A stretch of DNA of 64,000 bases from a phage. Below the pieces are notes generated by a model. It made no database searches, was not told the DNA's origin, and worked only from the letters and a program-made list of their open reading frames with translations. The translations under genes were made by a program, and so were the position numbers. Positions 63,065-64,000 of this stretch are shown here, piece after piece (the first letter of the stretch is position 1; the number at the start of each line of letters is the position of its first letter). The stretch lies in sequence record PZ019086.1, one strand, 5' to 3'.

Positions 63065-63427
63065 TTAAAAGAATTTAAATTTTTTCTTTGACCTTTTATT
63101 AAATGCATCTTGTAGTTGCATTGTAATACATTTTTCTACATGAGGAGCTAACTCAGCTTTTCTTTCTTGGTCAAGAACAGCAAAGTCCATTACGACTTTT
63201 CCATCAACCCAATCTAATTTTGTCACATACACAATGTGTGTAGAACCATCTTCTAGTTTAATGACAATCTCCTGGATAACATTTTCCATGGCAGATTTAA
63301 TTATCTTAAGAGATTCATTAAAAAGATGCTCTTTTCTTTCTTCTTCCCCCTCCGAAGAGGGGGATTCATCGATAATTTCTAGATCTAAATCCAAATCATC
63401 TTTATTCATTAAATTCTTCCATATCAC
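63065..63427 (-). CDS. 40: gp40-like head assembly protein
   Basis: 120 aa acidic protein between 41 and uvsX as in T4. Confidence 0.55.
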   Translation of the reverse strand: MIWKNLMNKDDLDLDLEIIDESPSSEGEEERKEHLFNESLKIIKSAMENVIQEIVIKLEDGSTHIVYVTKLDWVDGKVVMDFAVLDQERKAELAPHVEKCITMQLQDAFNKRSKKKFKFF

Positions 63428-64000
63428 TTAACTGATCTAGGTCAGTTTCTAAATCAGCTGCTGATTTACTTTTACTTTCTGGGGATTTAAATTTTTCAAC
63501 CTTTGAGTTAATCAATTCATCAACTTCAGCTTCAACAATTTCATTACTATCAATAGCACCTAACTGATAAGCGCGTTTAATAGCATCTCGGAATGGTTGA
63601 TGCTTAAATAAAGGACCCCAGAATGTAGTGCAATTGGTATCTTTTGCACGCCAAGATTTTTCTTCGCGAATCATCTCGCCGGTTTCTTCGTCAAGAAATT
63701 CACGAGCATACCAGCCATTTTTAGGTTTTACCACAAATCCTAATTCAAGAGCCATATCTAACAATCCAGAATAAGGATCGATGCCACCGTCAAATTTAAC
63801 ATCAATAAAGAATTTACTTTTTTCTTTAACTGTACGAGATTTTTCTACATTTAGAACAAATTGATACCCCTGAAGATCAGAACCATCTTTAATCTGGCGC
63901 TTACCGATAATGAATACGGTATCAGCCGAATACATTACGCCTGTACCACCTGTCATCACGGTTTTACTAAACATTTCAATTGTTTCAATTGTGTGGTTAA
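63402..64000 (-). CDS. uvsX: UvsX recombinase, 3' portion (5' end beyond window)
   Basis: RecA-like C-terminal region ending in acidic tail ...D-L-D-Q-L-S-D-M-E-E-F-N-E; the track start is an internal Met. Confidence 0.8.
   Translation of the reverse strand, partial: NHTIETIEMFSKTVMTGGTGVMYSADTVFIIGKRQIKDGSDLQGYQFVLNVEKSRTVKEKSKFFIDVKFDGGIDPYSGLLDMALELGFVVKPKNGWYAREFLDEETGEMIREEKSWRAKDTNCTTFWGPLFKHQPFRDAIKRAYQLGAIDSNEIVEAEVDELINSKVEKFKSPESKSKSAADLETDLDQLSDMEEFNE

Overview
This window is a segment of a T4-like (T-even) myovirus genome, co-linear with the T4 map from the 30.x/rIII/31 region to the 3' part of uvsX. Recognised by direct reading of the translated ORFs: rIII, 31, cd, pseT, a spanin pair, alc, rnlA, denA, nrdB, an HNH endonuclease (mobE position), nrdA, td, frd, 32, a GIY-YIG endonuclease (segG position), 59, 33, dsbA, rnh, the plus-strand late block 34-35-36-37-38-t, then asiA, arn, motA, 52, ac, stp, ndd, denB, rIIB, rIIA, 39, dexA, dda, srd-like, modA, modB, soc, 56, 61, sp, dmd, 41, 40 and partial uvsX. 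It is not T4 itself: gene 39 is a single fused ORF, nrdB and td are uninterrupted, gp37 is longer with a C-terminal chaperone-like module, and gp38 is a glycine-rich T2-type adhesin. No rRNA, tRNA or CRISPR array was found. The observations most worth a second look are a GC-elevated ORF-free island next to rIII, a short opposite-strand membrane ORF in the 56-61 gap where I recall T4 carrying dam, inverted repeats bracketing early-promoter -10 elements (one covering a ribosome-binding site), a NADAR-domain protein, and several small ORFs missing from the track. All names rest on my memory of T4 proteins and motifs, not on a database search. Hand-derived coordinates may be off by 1-2 nt.
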